Shown: positions 1 to 9,747 of the stretch, piece by piece
How the letters are laid out: each line of letters starts with the position of its first letter
Numbering within the stretch: position 1 is the first letter of the stretch
From: Gammaproteobacteria bacterium
GTDB taxonomy: Bacteria; Pseudomonadota; Gammaproteobacteria; SZUA-152
NCBI GenBank assembly: GCA_011371455.1
Contig: DRQN01000006.1
Location: 1 to 47,371 of the forward strand
Direction of reading: 5' to 3'
Length of the DNA: 47,371 nucleotides
The notes under the pieces: generated by a model
The model's database searches: none
What the model was told of the DNA's origin: nothing
Seen by the model: only the letters and a program-made list of their open reading frames with translations
Program-made: the position numbers and the translations under genes

Positions 1-386
1 GCGGCATAGTCCCCTCGCACGACGATGCCGTCGGGGTCTGGCCCCCTGACATTGTCGACGAAGTCGTCTTCCCAACTGCTCTCGTCCGCCCACAGCCCGT
101 GCATCAGCACCACCGGCGGCCGCACCAGGGTCAGGGTATCGCGGAAGCGCGTGGTGTTGGCGCGCTTGCCGGCGACGATGGGGGTGTAGGCGAATTCCAC
201 GTCGACCGTGCGCGTGCGGGCGGTGTCGACGAATTCGTCAGGGGGGTAGTAGAACGAAAATGCCTGTTCGAGGCTGCCCACGGTTTGCGTGTTGGTCACC
301 CCCGCCGTTATCGTCCCCTGTGCTGGCGGGGCGTTCGATGTGATCTCGAAGCAACCCTGCCCCTGCCAGGCCGGCCTTGAGCCGCA
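1..386 (-). CDS. Partial alpha/beta-hydrolase (lipase-like) segment that runs off the left edge; it is out of frame with ORF 238..1050 and absent from the supplied track
   Basis: Manual minus-strand translation gives QGCFEITSNAPPAQGTITAGVTNTQTVGSLEQAFSFYYPPDEFVDTARTRTVDVEFAYTPIVAGKRANTTRFRDTLTLVRPPVVLMHGLWADESSWEDDFVDNVRGPDPDGIVVRGDYAA. PPVVLMHGLW resembles the beta-strand-HG motif of lipase-type hydrolases. GC3 is higher than in the competing frame. This frame is closed upstream by TGA at 387..389 with no ATG. Confidence 0.5.
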
Positions 387-1050
387 TCAAAATGGGCGTT
401 ACGCCGTCGGTGGCGACGGCGGCGATGTCGCTGTCGCCGCAGCTTGCCAGCTTGTTTCCGTCGCTGCTCAGGGCCGGGTCGTCATCGCTCACCCGGCAGT
501 GGTTACCGGGGGCGTTGGCGTCGACGAAGCGCCGCCGGGTGTCGCCGACATCCCAGCCGGCCACCGGCACGGTATAGCTGAGCGGGGTGCCGGTGTCGGG
601 GTGGACGCTCGGGTTGGCGATGATATTCAGCTGCGTCCTGCCAACGGCGTTGCCGATCTGCCGGAAAGATGCCGTTGTGATCCACTGGCCTTCCGGGACG
701 AAGAGCGTTGGCGTGCCGCCCGATGAGGGGTCGATCGCCGCGATGATGCCCGGGTCGTCGGAGGTGACGGTGACGATGACGCCCCCTTCCGGCGCCGGCG
801 CGGGAATAATGACGTAAAAATCCGTCTCGCCGCCAACATTGACGGCGCCGACCTGGAAGGAGCCGCCCGTTTCATTCAGACAGCTGTCGGCCGACAATGG
901 CGAAACGCTGTTTGCCGCAAATGTTTGCGGTGGTATGTACAGGCCTGGCTGGATGGCCTGGGCGGACACGCTGGCGGCCGCCAGCATCCATGGCATCGTG
1001 AAGGCCATCCAGCGGGCAACCCGGCGCAGTGTTTTGTTTGCTGTGTTCAT
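238..1050 (-). CDS. Exported protein with a Sec signal peptide; probably the N-terminal part of a frame-disrupted gene that continues into 1..386
   Basis: The N-terminus MNTANKTLRRVARWMAFTMPWMLAAASVSAQA is a typical signal peptide. The body is T/G/S/V-rich and beta-sandwich-like. The last ~40 codons (LLRDHIERPASTGDDNGGG...) have poor GC3 and look non-coding. Confidence 0.6.
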   Translation of the reverse strand: MNTANKTLRRVARWMAFTMPWMLAAASVSAQAIQPGLYIPPQTFAANSVSPLSADSCLNETGGSFQVGAVNVGGETDFYVIIPAPAPEGGVIVTVTSDDPGIIAAIDPSSGGTPTLFVPEGQWITTASFRQIGNAVGRTQLNIIANPSVHPDTGTPLSYTVPVAGWDVGDTRRRFVDANAPGNHCRVSDDDPALSSDGNKLASCGDSDIAAVATDGVTPILMRLKAGLAGAGLLRDHIERPASTGDDNGGGDQHANRGQPRTGIFVLLPP

Positions 1051-1093
1051 CTTTCCTGAATCCTCCCTGTGTTTTCCGCATGTTCACGTCTCG

Positions 1094-1113
1094 CCCGAAT
1101 CCGTGGCTTCAGG
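1094..1113. repeat. REP-like 20-nt hairpin repeat, copy 1 (CCCGAATCCGTGGCTTCAGG)
   Basis: Matches the family consensus CCTGAATCCGTGGNTTCAGG. It lies at the 3' end of the PEP-CTERM gene and overlaps its stop codon. Confidence 0.6.
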
Positions 1114-1738
1114 CGTGTTTTCCACTCGCTTTTGCTCTTCCCAGCATGCCAATGCCGCCGGCCGTCAATAACAACAGGGTGGATGGGGCGGGGACAGGTA
1201 TGACGCCCCGGCTTGTGGTGGCCGTGGCGCTCGCCGATGCAAAGACCTGCGCCTCGGGGTCCGTATTGCCGATGTCCAGAACCAATAGCGCGTCGGTTCC
1301 CAGCGGGTCGTCTGTTGCGTATGGCAACAGACTGCTGTCAAGAAGGAATAACGAGAACGAGTCCGGCGGTGAAAAAGGGCCGTTTGCCGTGCTTTCCAGC
1401 CGGAAACTGAAGGAGGCGCCAAATGTCAGGTTCTGCAACCATTCATTGAAGAAGTCCCCATCGCCCAGCACGAGCGAGCCTGACAGGTCACCCGTTACAT
1501 CACCGGATGATGCAGCCGTTGACAGGACGGCGTCCGAAACGAAACTGCTTATGGTGATGGTATTGTTCGCCAGGCCGTCTCACCATCGAGAAAATCGAAT
1601 GCCAACGCGCCCGTTGTGCCCTGAATGGGGGTCGTATCCACGAAGACATCGATGATTCCGGCGCGGGACACGCCGGCTGACAGAATAAACACTGTAAAAC
1701 AGCAAGATAGTAACCAGGACAACTGCCGAAAACGTTTC
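1109..1738 (-). pseudogene. PEP-CTERM sorting-domain exported protein, apparently frame-disrupted near 1552..1582
   Basis: ATG at 1738 gives the signal peptide MKRFRQLSWLLSCCFTVFILSAGVSRAG, then ...ALAFDFLDGE and a stop at 1549. A second frame, open from 1579, reads DGLANNTITISSFVSDAVLSTAASSGDVTGDLSGSLVLGDGDFFNEW...PVPAPSTLLLLTAGGIGMLGRAKASGKHA. That ends in a PEP-CTERM-like anchor: P-x-P, a hydrophobic helix, then a basic tail. Confidence 0.55.
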
Positions 1739-1903
1739 ATAATGCTCTCTCCCTGACCATGTCGATAACACGGGCTGAACGGAGGAAGTCCGTTTAGCCA
1801 CAGCAGATTCCGTGTTTCCGGAAAGCCGGAACACATCTGAAAAAATAGTCCATCAAAACGCCGGCGCAACCTGATAAAACTGACATGTCGTGGTTTGTAT
1901 AAA

Positions 1904-1923
1904 CCTGAATCCGTGGGTTGAGG
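1904..1923. repeat. REP-like 20-nt repeat, copy 2 (CCTGAATCCGTGGGTTGAGG)
   Basis: Intergenic, between surA and the PEP-CTERM gene; 19/20 identical to the perfect copy at 24661..24680 (reverse complement). Confidence 0.6.
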
Positions 1924-1980
1924 ACGGTTGAGAGATGCAACTGCTCGATTCGTATCGCGTAATGAAAAATCGAGCCAAGC

Positions 1981-2009
1981 AGGGTGAGCACGTCTTTTGT
2001 GCCCACCCT
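1981..2009 (-). terminator. Candidate stem-loop terminator downstream of surA
   Basis: AGGGTGAGCAC-GTCTTTT-GTGCCCACCCT forms about 10 of 11 paired positions. It lies 30 nt past the surA stop on the minus strand. The T-run follows only after an 11-nt gap, so this is a weak intrinsic terminator. Confidence 0.35.
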
Positions 2010-2038
2010 GACTGTGTCTCTGTGGTGAACAAAAGCCC

Positions 2039-3349
2039 TTACAGACGCAGCTCCACATAGGCCTCGTCACGCAGGCGCCGCAGCCAGGCCTGCATGGCGG
2101 GCTCCAGCTTGCTGGCGTGGATGGCCTCGCGGGCCTTGCTGCGCTGCATGTCTTCGGTGCGGTCCTGCTCGCGGCGGCCCAGCACCTCGATGAGATGCCA
2201 GCCGAAGCGGCTCTGCACCGGTTCGCTGAGCTGTCCCACCGCCAGGGCATTCATGGCCTCTTCGAAGGGCTTGACCATGGTGCCGGGGTTGACCCAGCCG
2301 AGGTCGCCGCCCTGCGCGCCGGAACCCGGGTCGTCGGAATTGGCGCGCGCCAGGTCGGCGAAGTCCTCGCCGGACTCGATGCGCAGCTTCAGGTCTTCGA
2401 TGCGCTGGCGGGCGCGGGCGCTGCGGGTCGGATCGTCGACGCGCACCAGGATATGGCGCACATGGGTCTGGGTTACCAGCAGCTGCGGCTGATTGCTGCG
2501 CCGGCCCAGTAGCTTGATGATGTGAAAGCCGCTGGGGCTGCGGATGACATCGCTGATGGCGCCCACTTCGCGGCCCTTGACCCAGTCGGCGAACAGGGTG
2601 GGCAGGGTGGAGGCCTCGCGCCAGCCCAGGCTGCCGCCTTCCAGGGCCTGGCGGCCGTCGGAAACGGCCACCGCCGTTTCGGCGAAGTCGGCCCCGGCGC
2701 GCAGATCGTCGACCACCTCGCTGGCCTTTGCCCGCGCCTTGGCAATGGCCTCGGCGCTGGCGGCCTCGGGCACGCTGATGAGGATGTGGCCGAGTTCGTA
2801 TTCGTATTGGGTGCCGGTCTGCAGGGCGCGGTTGGCGAGAAAGGCGTCGACCTCTTGCGGGGTGATGTTGATGCGGTCGTTGACCTGGCGCTTCTGCAGA
2901 CGGTTGATGGTGATCTCGTCGCGCATGTTTTCTCGGAAACGCTGGTAAGGCATGCCCTCCCTTTCGAGCACGTCGCGGAACGCCAGCAGGCTCAGGTTGT
3001 TCTGCCGGGCGATGCTTTCCAGGGTGCGGTTGAGGGTTTCGTCGTCGACGCTGATGTGGGCCCTTTTCGCCAGTTGCAGCTGGATGCGGCGCAACACCAT
3101 GCGGTCGAGGATTTGCCGCTGCAGGATGTCATCCGCGGGGATGCGCGTTCTCTGTGCGCGCAGCTGGGCCTTGATCAGCGCCACCTCGTTGTTCAATTCG
3201 AGTTCGGTGATGACATCGTCGTTGACGATGGCTACCACCCGGTCGAGCAATTCACCGTTGGCCTGGCCGTCTTGCGCCGCCAGGGCGGGGGGCAGGGCCA
3301 ACAGCAGGGCGAACCCGGCCAGGAAAGGGAAGACGACTTTTTTGAGCAC
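2039..3349 (-). CDS. surA: Periplasmic chaperone / peptidyl-prolyl isomerase SurA
   Basis: 436 aa with signal peptide MLKKVVFPFLAGFALLLALPPALAAQ, a SurA N-domain and two parvulin PPIase-like repeats (GGDLGW... motifs). GTG start. Located immediately downstream of lptD, as in other proteobacteria. Confidence 0.95.
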   Translation of the reverse strand: MLKKVVFPFLAGFALLLALPPALAAQDGQANGELLDRVVAIVNDDVITELELNNEVALIKAQLRAQRTRIPADDILQRQILDRMVLRRIQLQLAKRAHISVDDETLNRTLESIARQNNLSLLAFRDVLEREGMPYQRFRENMRDEITINRLQKRQVNDRINITPQEVDAFLANRALQTGTQYEYELGHILISVPEAASAEAIAKARAKASEVVDDLRAGADFAETAVAVSDGRQALEGGSLGWREASTLPTLFADWVKGREVGAISDVIRSPSGFHIIKLLGRRSNQPQLLVTQTHVRHILVRVDDPTRSARARQRIEDLKLRIESGEDFADLARANSDDPGSGAQGGDLGWVNPGTMVKPFEEAMNALAVGQLSEPVQSRFGWHLIEVLGRREQDRTEDMQRSKAREAIHASKLEPAMQAWLRRLRDEAYVELRL

Positions 3350-3575
3350 TATGGATTCCAGAATTTTTTACCGTTTCGTATTGCATTCGCCACACAGATG
3401 GAGAGGACACGGAGGGCGGCTGATACCGGCTTGATGTCAGCCTGACCGGCTAGCGGTTCGCGCCAACTCTGACAAGCCGTTTTTTGATGTGCCATGTGCC
3501 CCATGTCTCTGTAGTGAAATGGTGGCCATGACTCCCTTTATCAATCGAGCGGCAAACGCCATCACCCGGGTGACA

Positions 3576-5819
3576 TCAGCGCGCTAGGATATCACGCGCC
3601 AGCAGGCTCTCGACATCCCGGCCCACGCTGGACAGGCCCTTCAGCTCCAACTGCAGCCAAAGGGTCTCGGTCAGGGTCTCGTCTTTGACGTTGACCCGGT
3701 AACGGCGCTTCACGGCGCGCACGGTCCAGCAACAGCTTTCGTATTCGAAACCGGCCACGCTCTCCAGCAGCAGGTCGTCCTGGATCGAATAACGCCGCCG
3801 CCCGAGCACGCTGAGGCCTTTCCAGACGGGCCACATGAAGGAGAAATCGGTCTGCTCGAGGCGGTCTCTTTCGAAGCGATAGCCCAGGTTGAGGGCGCTG
3901 CGCGGGGTGGGGTGAAAGCGCATGCCGGCATTGCCACGCGCCACCTGGCGTTGCTCCGCATCCCATTCCAGGTTCAGACGGCTGCTGAGCGAGGCTGTCC
4001 AGTGAGTGTTCACTTCACCCAGCCAGTTGGAGGCCGCGCGGGTATCTTCGCTTCTGCCGGGCAGGGTGACCTTGCGGTCGCTGAAGTAGAAGATACGACC
4101 CAGCGAGGCGCTGGCAAGTTCCCGCCCGCTGGCGTCGAGGAGGCGGCTGGTCAGCACCGTGCTCAACTGGTTGGCGTCGCCCACGCGGTCGGCGCCGTTG
4201 AAGCGATTGTCGCGGAACATCTGGCCAATGCTGAGCAGCGGCTGGCTGCTGTCGAATACCCGTGAGACGCCGTTTTCATCGACGATCAGCTCGGACTGGT
4301 CCCGATAGGGCACGTAGAGATAGAACAGTCGTGGCTCCAGGGTCTGCAGGGCGGCGCGGCCGGCGCTGAGATTGCGCTCGAAGAACAGCCCGGAGTCGAG
4401 GCTGAACAGGGGCAGGTTGCGCACCGGGCTTGCGTCGCTGTCCGGCGCGGTACGCTGCAGGGCGTAGCGGGTGTGGCGAAAGCTCAGCCGCGGCGTCAGA
4501 AAGGCCGCATCGGATGCCATGGGCAGGGCGATGGACGGCTGCACGTCGATGCGATTGCCGATTACCCCTGCCTCGCGTTCGAAACGCACCAGCTCGGCGC
4601 GCGCGTCCAGGCTCAGGCCGCCGGCAAGGGACAGGGGCGACAGGTCCAGCTTGAGCTGCGGCAGGCGGGCATAGGGGCGCGAGGTGAGCGGCTGCGATTC
4701 GTCCAGGGTCTGGTATTTCTGCGCCATCAGGGAGGCGCTCCACTGCGTGGCGGCATAGCTCACGTCGGCGCGGCTCTCCAGGTGGGTCTTGCTGGTGACG
4801 TTGAGCTGGGTGCCGAAGTCGTTGAGGTATTCGCCGTCCGAGACCTCCTGGTAGCGCAGGCTGGTGCGCCAGCCGGGGGCGGGATCGCCGAGATGGTTGA
4901 GATCGATGGCGCGGCGGTCCCCGCCGTAGACCTTGTCACCGGGCAGATAGGCGAGGGTGATGTCGCCGCGGCTGCGCGCATTGAGATAACGGAATTCGCC
5001 TTCCCACAGCACGCCGCGCTTGCTCATGTACCTGGGCGTCAGGGTGGCGTCCTTGTCCGGGGCGATATTGAAATACCAGGGCAGGCTGAATTCGCTGCCC
5101 GAGCGCGTCGAATCACCGATGGTGGGAAGCAGAAAGCCGGTCTTGCGGCCCGCCAGCGGAAAGCTCAGATAGGGTGAATAGAACACCGGCACGCCCAGCA
5201 GCTCCAGCCGTGCATGGTAGGCGATGCCCTCGTTTTCGGCCTGGTCCAGCTCCAGGCGGGCGGCCTTCAGGCGCCAGAATTCATGGTCTTCGTCGCAGGT
5301 GGTGAACAGGGTGCTCTGCAGGCGCAGGCGCTCGGGGCCTTCGATGAACAGCGTTTCGGCGCGGCCGCGCAGGTGCTTGTCCAGCAGCCAGAAACTGGCG
5401 CCACCGATCTCGCCCGTCTCGTTGTCCAGGGCCATGTCGGCCTGGCTGCCGAACAGCAGGCGCTCACCACTGCGGTAGCGGACCGCGCCCCGGGCCTGGG
5501 CCGTCTCATGGGCGGCATCGTAGGTGATCTGGTCGGCGAACAGGCTCTGTGCACCGCGCTGCCCCAGCACCTCACCCCACAGGCGATAGCGGCCGGCCTC
5601 GGCCTCGGCGAAATCGGCGCTGAAATGCAGCTTGTCATCCGCGGGGGCTGGCGGCTCGGCAAAGCGGGGCGCCGGCAGGCAGTAACGCCACTTTCCCGCC
5701 TCGCTGGCCGCGAGGGCGGGGGAGAAGACCGGCAACAGGGTCAAAGCCGCCAGCAGGATGACAGCAAGGGGCCCGTGGGCCGTTCGATGACGGGGAATCA
5801 CGCGCGGGACAACCCGCAA
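3576..5819 (-). CDS. lptD: LPS-assembly outer-membrane protein LptD (OstA/Imp)
   Basis: 747-aa ORF with a signal peptide ending ...PALAAS, an OstA-like N-domain and a large beta-barrel region. lptD-surA synteny supports the call. The start is uncertain: TTG at 5819 or GTG at 5804. Confidence 0.93.
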   Translation of the reverse strand: MRVVPRVIPRHRTAHGPLAVILLAALTLLPVFSPALAASEAGKWRYCLPAPRFAEPPAPADDKLHFSADFAEAEAGRYRLWGEVLGQRGAQSLFADQITYDAAHETAQARGAVRYRSGERLLFGSQADMALDNETGEIGGASFWLLDKHLRGRAETLFIEGPERLRLQSTLFTTCDEDHEFWRLKAARLELDQAENEGIAYHARLELLGVPVFYSPYLSFPLAGRKTGFLLPTIGDSTRSGSEFSLPWYFNIAPDKDATLTPRYMSKRGVLWEGEFRYLNARSRGDITLAYLPGDKVYGGDRRAIDLNHLGDPAPGWRTSLRYQEVSDGEYLNDFGTQLNVTSKTHLESRADVSYAATQWSASLMAQKYQTLDESQPLTSRPYARLPQLKLDLSPLSLAGGLSLDARAELVRFEREAGVIGNRIDVQPSIALPMASDAAFLTPRLSFRHTRYALQRTAPDSDASPVRNLPLFSLDSGLFFERNLSAGRAALQTLEPRLFYLYVPYRDQSELIVDENGVSRVFDSSQPLLSIGQMFRDNRFNGADRVGDANQLSTVLTSRLLDASGRELASASLGRIFYFSDRKVTLPGRSEDTRAASNWLGEVNTHWTASLSSRLNLEWDAEQRQVARGNAGMRFHPTPRSALNLGYRFERDRLEQTDFSFMWPVWKGLSVLGRRRYSIQDDLLLESVAGFEYESCCWTVRAVKRRYRVNVKDETLTETLWLQLELKGLSSVGRDVESLLARDILAR

Positions 5820-5880
5820 GGCAGACAGGATTCGGCACAGAAAATCATGCCGCGTATGTTAACCCGGATGGGAGGGGATG

Positions 5881-5940
5881 AGGACTGAGTGCTGAGTGCG
5901 CCAGAGTTTACTCAGTACCGGGCACTTGGCACTCGGTCCT
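5881..5940. repeat. Imperfect inverted repeat built from AGTGCTG/GCACT units
   Basis: The arms AGGACTGAGTGC (5881..5892) and GCACTCGGTCCT (5929..5940) pair at 11/12. The left arm contains AGTGCTGAGTGC, the reverse complement of the CAGCACT heptamer repeated at 16871..16898. Confidence 0.5.
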
Positions 5941-5942
5941 GC

Positions 5943-6353
5943 TTACTTGAATACCCGCACGATGGATTGCCCGACATCCTTCACCGTCACGGTGGTCTGC
6001 AGTTGGCCAAACTCTGGATCGGAAAAGCACAGCGATCCATCCTTCCAGGCCTGTGGCGACAGGTAGATGCCCATTTCCTTTTTCGGGCTGAAGCCGAACT
6101 TGTAGTCTTCAGGCATCAACAGTGTCTGGCCCGTGTCGCAGTCGCCGCGATGAATCGCCAGGCGCTTCATTATGTCGCTGTGCAGGGGGTGGCCTTCGTT
6201 GTCCTGAAAGCGCACGTGCACCAGTTGGTTGTGCAGCATCTTCTGTGCCGACATCACCATGATCAGCCGCTCACTGCCGGCCTGTGCGGACAAGGGCAGC
6301 GCCAGGGCGACAAACATCAGGGTGAGAGCGGACACGCTGTGGATGGTTTTCAT
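5943..6353 (-). CDS. Small exported hypothetical protein (136 aa)
   Basis: Signal peptide MKTIHSVSALTLMFVALALPLSAQAG, two Cys in the mature part, and no motif I recognise. Confidence 0.7.
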   Translation of the reverse strand: MKTIHSVSALTLMFVALALPLSAQAGSERLIMVMSAQKMLHNQLVHVRFQDNEGHPLHSDIMKRLAIHRGDCDTGQTLLMPEDYKFGFSPKKEMGIYLSPQAWKDGSLCFSDPEFGQLQTTVTVKDVGQSIVRVFK

Positions 6354-6460
6354 GATTCACCTCCCTGCCAATGGGTTGTATCGGTTACGAAAAGAGTCTA
6401 TGCCATTTTTTGAGCATTGGCCAAGGGTTGGCCTGTCACCATGACCTGGATCAATTTTCA

Positions 6461-6480
6461 CCTGAATCCGTGGATTTCAG
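6461..6480. repeat. REP-like 20-nt repeat, copy 3 (CCTGAATCCGTGGATTTCAG)
   Basis: Lies immediately 3' of the mnmE stop codon (6482); the first 13 nt are identical to the family consensus. Confidence 0.6.
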
Positions 6481-6481
6481 T

Positions 6482-7840
6482 CTATTTTCCGATACAAAAG
6501 CTGGAAAAGATCTCGCCCAGCAGGTCGTCGGCAGCGAATTCGCCGGTGATCTCGCCCAGGGCCTGTTGCGCCTGGCGCAGCTCTTCGGCCAACAGTTCGC
6601 CCGCCGCCGCCCGGTGCAGCTGGTGGCTGCCGCGCGACAGGTGCTCGCTGGCGCGCGCCAGGGCGTCGAGATGACGACGGCGGGCCATGAACTGGCCTTC
6701 GCCACCGGGCTGGAAGCCGGCACAGGCCTTGAGGTGCCGACGCAGATCATCCAGCCCGGCGCCCGTGCGTGCCGACAACCACAGTTCGACACCCTGTGGC
6801 GTTTCACGCCGGCGGGGCGGGTCGGCGCTGAGATCGATCTTGGTCCACACCCGGGTCAGTGGTGGGCCGGCGGCGGCCAGCCGACCATGCAGTTCACTGT
6901 CGTCATCATCACTGTCGGCAGCGTGCAACAACAGGATGTGGTCGGCACCCTCGATCTCTGCCCAGGCGCGACGCACGCCTTCCTGTTCCACCGCATCGGC
7001 GGATTCACGCAGGCCGGCGGTGTCGATGATGTGCAGGGGCAGGCCGTCGATACTGATTTGTTCGCGCAGCACGTCGCGGGTGGTGCCGGGGATGTCGGTG
7101 ACAATGGCGCTGTCGCGCCCGGCGAGGGCATTGAGCAGGGTGGACTTGCCGGCATTGGGACGCCCGGCGATGACCACGCGGATGCCCTCGCGTAGCAGGT
7201 TGCCCTGGCGGGCCTGGGCCCGGGTATCGGCCAGGCGCCGCTGTACCGCAGCCAGGCGTTCGGCCACTGCGCCATCGCCGAGAAAGTCGATCTCTTCCTC
7301 GGGAAAGTCGATGGCGGATTCCACGTATACGCGCAGCTCGGTCAGCGCCTCGACCAGTCCGTGTACCCGGCGCGAGAATTCGCCCTGCAGGGAGCGCATC
7401 GCCAGGCGCGCGGCCTGCACCGAGGCGCTGTCGATGAGGTCCGCCACCGCCTCGGCCTGGGCCAGATCCAGCTTGTCGTTGAGGTAGGCGCGCTCGGAGA
7501 ATTCGCCCGGCCGGGCGGCGCGCGCGCCCAGCGCCAGGCAGCGCTCGAGCAGCAGATCCATCACCACCGGGCCGCCGTGGCCGTGCAGCTCCAGCACGTC
7601 TTCGCCGGTGAAGGAGTGGGGATTGGGAAAATACAGGGCGAGTCCGGTGTCCAGCGCCGCGCCTTGCTCATCGAGAAAGGGCAGATACTCGGCCATGCGC
7701 GGCCGCGGCAGATGCCCCAGCAGGGCCTCGGCGATCCCCGCCACCGCCGGCCCGGAGACCCGCACGATGCCCACGCCCCCCCGCCCGGGGGGGGTGGCCA
7801 ATGCGGCGATGGTGTCGGCCGCGGTGTGTGACCTGCTCAC
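6482..7840 (-). CDS. mnmE: tRNA modification GTPase MnmE (TrmE)
   Basis: 452 aa with G-domain motifs [12 protein letters not shown] and DTAG, and the C-terminal CIGK motif. GTG start. Conserved position next to yidC. Confidence 0.97.
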   Translation of the reverse strand: MSRSHTAADTIAALATPPGRGGVGIVRVSGPAVAGIAEALLGHLPRPRMAEYLPFLDEQGAALDTGLALYFPNPHSFTGEDVLELHGHGGPVVMDLLLERCLALGARAARPGEFSERAYLNDKLDLAQAEAVADLIDSASVQAARLAMRSLQGEFSRRVHGLVEALTELRVYVESAIDFPEEEIDFLGDGAVAERLAAVQRRLADTRAQARQGNLLREGIRVVIAGRPNAGKSTLLNALAGRDSAIVTDIPGTTRDVLREQISIDGLPLHIIDTAGLRESADAVEQEGVRRAWAEIEGADHILLLHAADSDDDDSELHGRLAAAGPPLTRVWTKIDLSADPPRRRETPQGVELWLSARTGAGLDDLRRHLKACAGFQPGGEGQFMARRRHLDALARASEHLSRGSHQLHRAAAGELLAEELRQAQQALGEITGEFAADDLLGEIFSSFCIGK

Positions 7841-7853
7841 GGCCGTCCTGCGG

Positions 7854-9518
7854 TCAGCCCTTGCCGGCCGCCTGGGCCTCGATCTTGCGGGTGATGTACC
7901 ACTGCTGGGCGATGGACAGCAGGTTGTTGACCACCCAGTACAGCACCAGGCCGGACGGGAAGAAGGCGAAAAAGGCGGTGAAGATCAGCGGCAGGAAGGC
8001 CATGATCTTCTGTTGGATGGGATCCATGGGCGGCGGATTCAGCTTCTGCTGCACAAACATGCTCAGGCCCATGATCACCGGCAGGACGTAGTAGGGGTCC
8101 TTGGCCGACAGGTCCTGAATCCACAGCATGAACGGCGCCTGGCGCAGTTCGACGCTCTCCAGCAGCACCCAGTAGAGGGCGATGAAGACCGGGATCTGCA
8201 CCAGCATGGGCAGGCAGCCACCAAGGGGATTGATCTTCTCCTTCTTGTAGATCTCCATCATCGCCTGGCTGAGCTTCTGGCGGTCATCGCCATAGCGCTC
8301 CTTCAATGCCTGCATCTTGGGCGCGAACTGGCGCATCTTCGCCATGCTGCGATAGCTGGCCTCGGACAGTTTGTAGAACAGCAACTTGATGATCAGGGTG
8401 ACGAAGATGATCGCCAGACCCCAGTTGCCGACCATCGAGTGAATCTCGTCCAAAAGCCAGAAGATGGGCTTGGCGAGAATGTCCAACACGCCATAGTCGA
8501 CGGTCAGGCGCAGGTTGGGATCGATCTTCTCCAGCCGCGACTGCTCCTTGGGTCCGACGAACAGGCGGCTGTGGAAATGCGCGGTCTCACCGGCGTTGAC
8601 GGTCTGTTCGACACCGGACAAGCCGATCAAATAACGCCCGTCGGCCAATGCCTTGGTATAAAAGTGGCTGGACGCAGCGGGATCGGGAATCCAGGCGCTG
8701 AAGAAATAGTGTTGCAACATGGCGACCCAGCCGCCCTTGCTGTAGCTCTGCTCGGGCTTCCAGGTGGCCATGTCGTCGAACGAGATCTTTTCGTAGGGAT
8801 CCCATTCGCTGGACACCACGCCGCCCATGAAGGTGTAGATGAGCTTGGACTGGCCGCGCTCGGCCACCTTGGTACGCTGCAGCTGTTCATAGGCACGGCC
8901 CTTCCAGGGCTTGTTGGCGCTGGTCACCGCAAAATCCACGTCGATGACGTAGCTGTCGCGGTGGAAGGTGAAGGTCTTGACCACGCTGACGCCGTCTTCG
9001 CCCTGCCAGGTCATGCGCACCTCGAGGCTGTCCTCGCCCTCATGAAGACGGTATTCCGTCTGCTCTGCCTGGTACACGGCATGGTGATCCGGAGCGGGAA
9101 CGCCGCTGCCGACCAGGCCGGACTGGGCAATGAACAAATAGGGCAGGCGGTCGTCCAGCAGCTGTACGGGCTCGGAATCATCCAGCGACCAGGGATAGGC
9201 CAGTAGCGCGGCGCGGCTCACTTCGCCACCAGCGGTATTGATCTCCACCCTCAGCAGATCGGTCTCCACCTGGATGTACCTGCCAGCGGTAGCCACCGGC
9301 GGTGTCGAGGCCTCGGCCACCGCGGGGCTTTCGGCCGGCAGGGCGGCCGGCCCGTCTGCCGGCAAGGCAGGCGCCGCTGGTGGAGCGGTCGGATCCGCGG
9401 GGTTCTGCGCCGATGCCTGCTGCGCGGGCGGCGGGGCATTGTGCGACTGCCAGGCACTGAACAGCAACATCAACACGAGCGACAGGGCAACGAAAAGCAA
9501 TAAACGCTGGTTATCCAT
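7854..9518 (-). CDS. yidC: Membrane protein insertase YidC
   Basis: [20 protein letters not shown] matches the typical YidC N-terminus. There is a large periplasmic domain and a conserved C-terminal 5-TM core. I chose the ATG at 9518 rather than the track start at 9554. Confidence 0.96.
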   Translation of the reverse strand: MDNQRLLLFVALSLVLMLLFSAWQSHNAPPPAQQASAQNPADPTAPPAAPALPADGPAALPAESPAVAEASTPPVATAGRYIQVETDLLRVEINTAGGEVSRAALLAYPWSLDDSEPVQLLDDRLPYLFIAQSGLVGSGVPAPDHHAVYQAEQTEYRLHEGEDSLEVRMTWQGEDGVSVVKTFTFHRDSYVIDVDFAVTSANKPWKGRAYEQLQRTKVAERGQSKLIYTFMGGVVSSEWDPYEKISFDDMATWKPEQSYSKGGWVAMLQHYFFSAWIPDPAASSHFYTKALADGRYLIGLSGVEQTVNAGETAHFHSRLFVGPKEQSRLEKIDPNLRLTVDYGVLDILAKPIFWLLDEIHSMVGNWGLAIIFVTLIIKLLFYKLSEASYRSMAKMRQFAPKMQALKERYGDDRQKLSQAMMEIYKKEKINPLGGCLPMLVQIPVFIALYWVLLESVELRQAPFMLWIQDLSAKDPYYVLPVIMGLSMFVQQKLNPPPMDPIQQKIMAFLPLIFTAFFAFFPSGLVLYWVVNNLLSIAQQWYITRKIEAQAAGKG

Positions 9519-9747
9519 GATTGAGATTAGTCTTTTTTTCCGGGACAGGGTCAAAGCCGCCTTCGTGCCAGGGGTGGCAACGGCACAGCCTCTTCACCGC
9601 CAGCGAACCACCGCGCAGGACGCCGTGACGTTCCAGTGCCGTCACGGCATAGGAAGAGCAACTGGGGTAGTAGCGACAATGAGGACCCAACAATGGGCTG
9701 AGCAGGTAGCGGTAAGCCTGGATCAGGAGGATGAGGAGTTTGCGCAT
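9511..9747 (-). CDS. yidD: Membrane protein insertion efficiency factor YidD
   Basis: 78 aa with the YidD signature [31 protein letters not shown]...[13 protein letters not shown]. It overlaps the yidC start by 8 nt. Confidence 0.95.
   Translation of the reverse strand: MRKLLILLIQAYRYLLSPLLGPHCRYYPSCSSYAVTALERHGVLRGGSLAVKRLCRCHPWHEGGFDPVPEKKTNLNHG

Noticed and set aside
3350-3575. 31-aa small ORF (MATISLQRHGAHGTSKNGLSELARTASRSG) on the minus strand in the lptD-surA spacer
   Set aside because: The putative RBS is only 2 nt from the ATG, the peptide has no hydrophobic or conserved character, and I cannot assess conservation.
7608-9206. 532-aa plus-strand ORF
   Set aside because: It is fully antisense to yidC, has Ala/Gly/Leu/Arg/Gln-rich low-information composition and no motifs. 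It is a shadow ORF typical of high-GC DNA.
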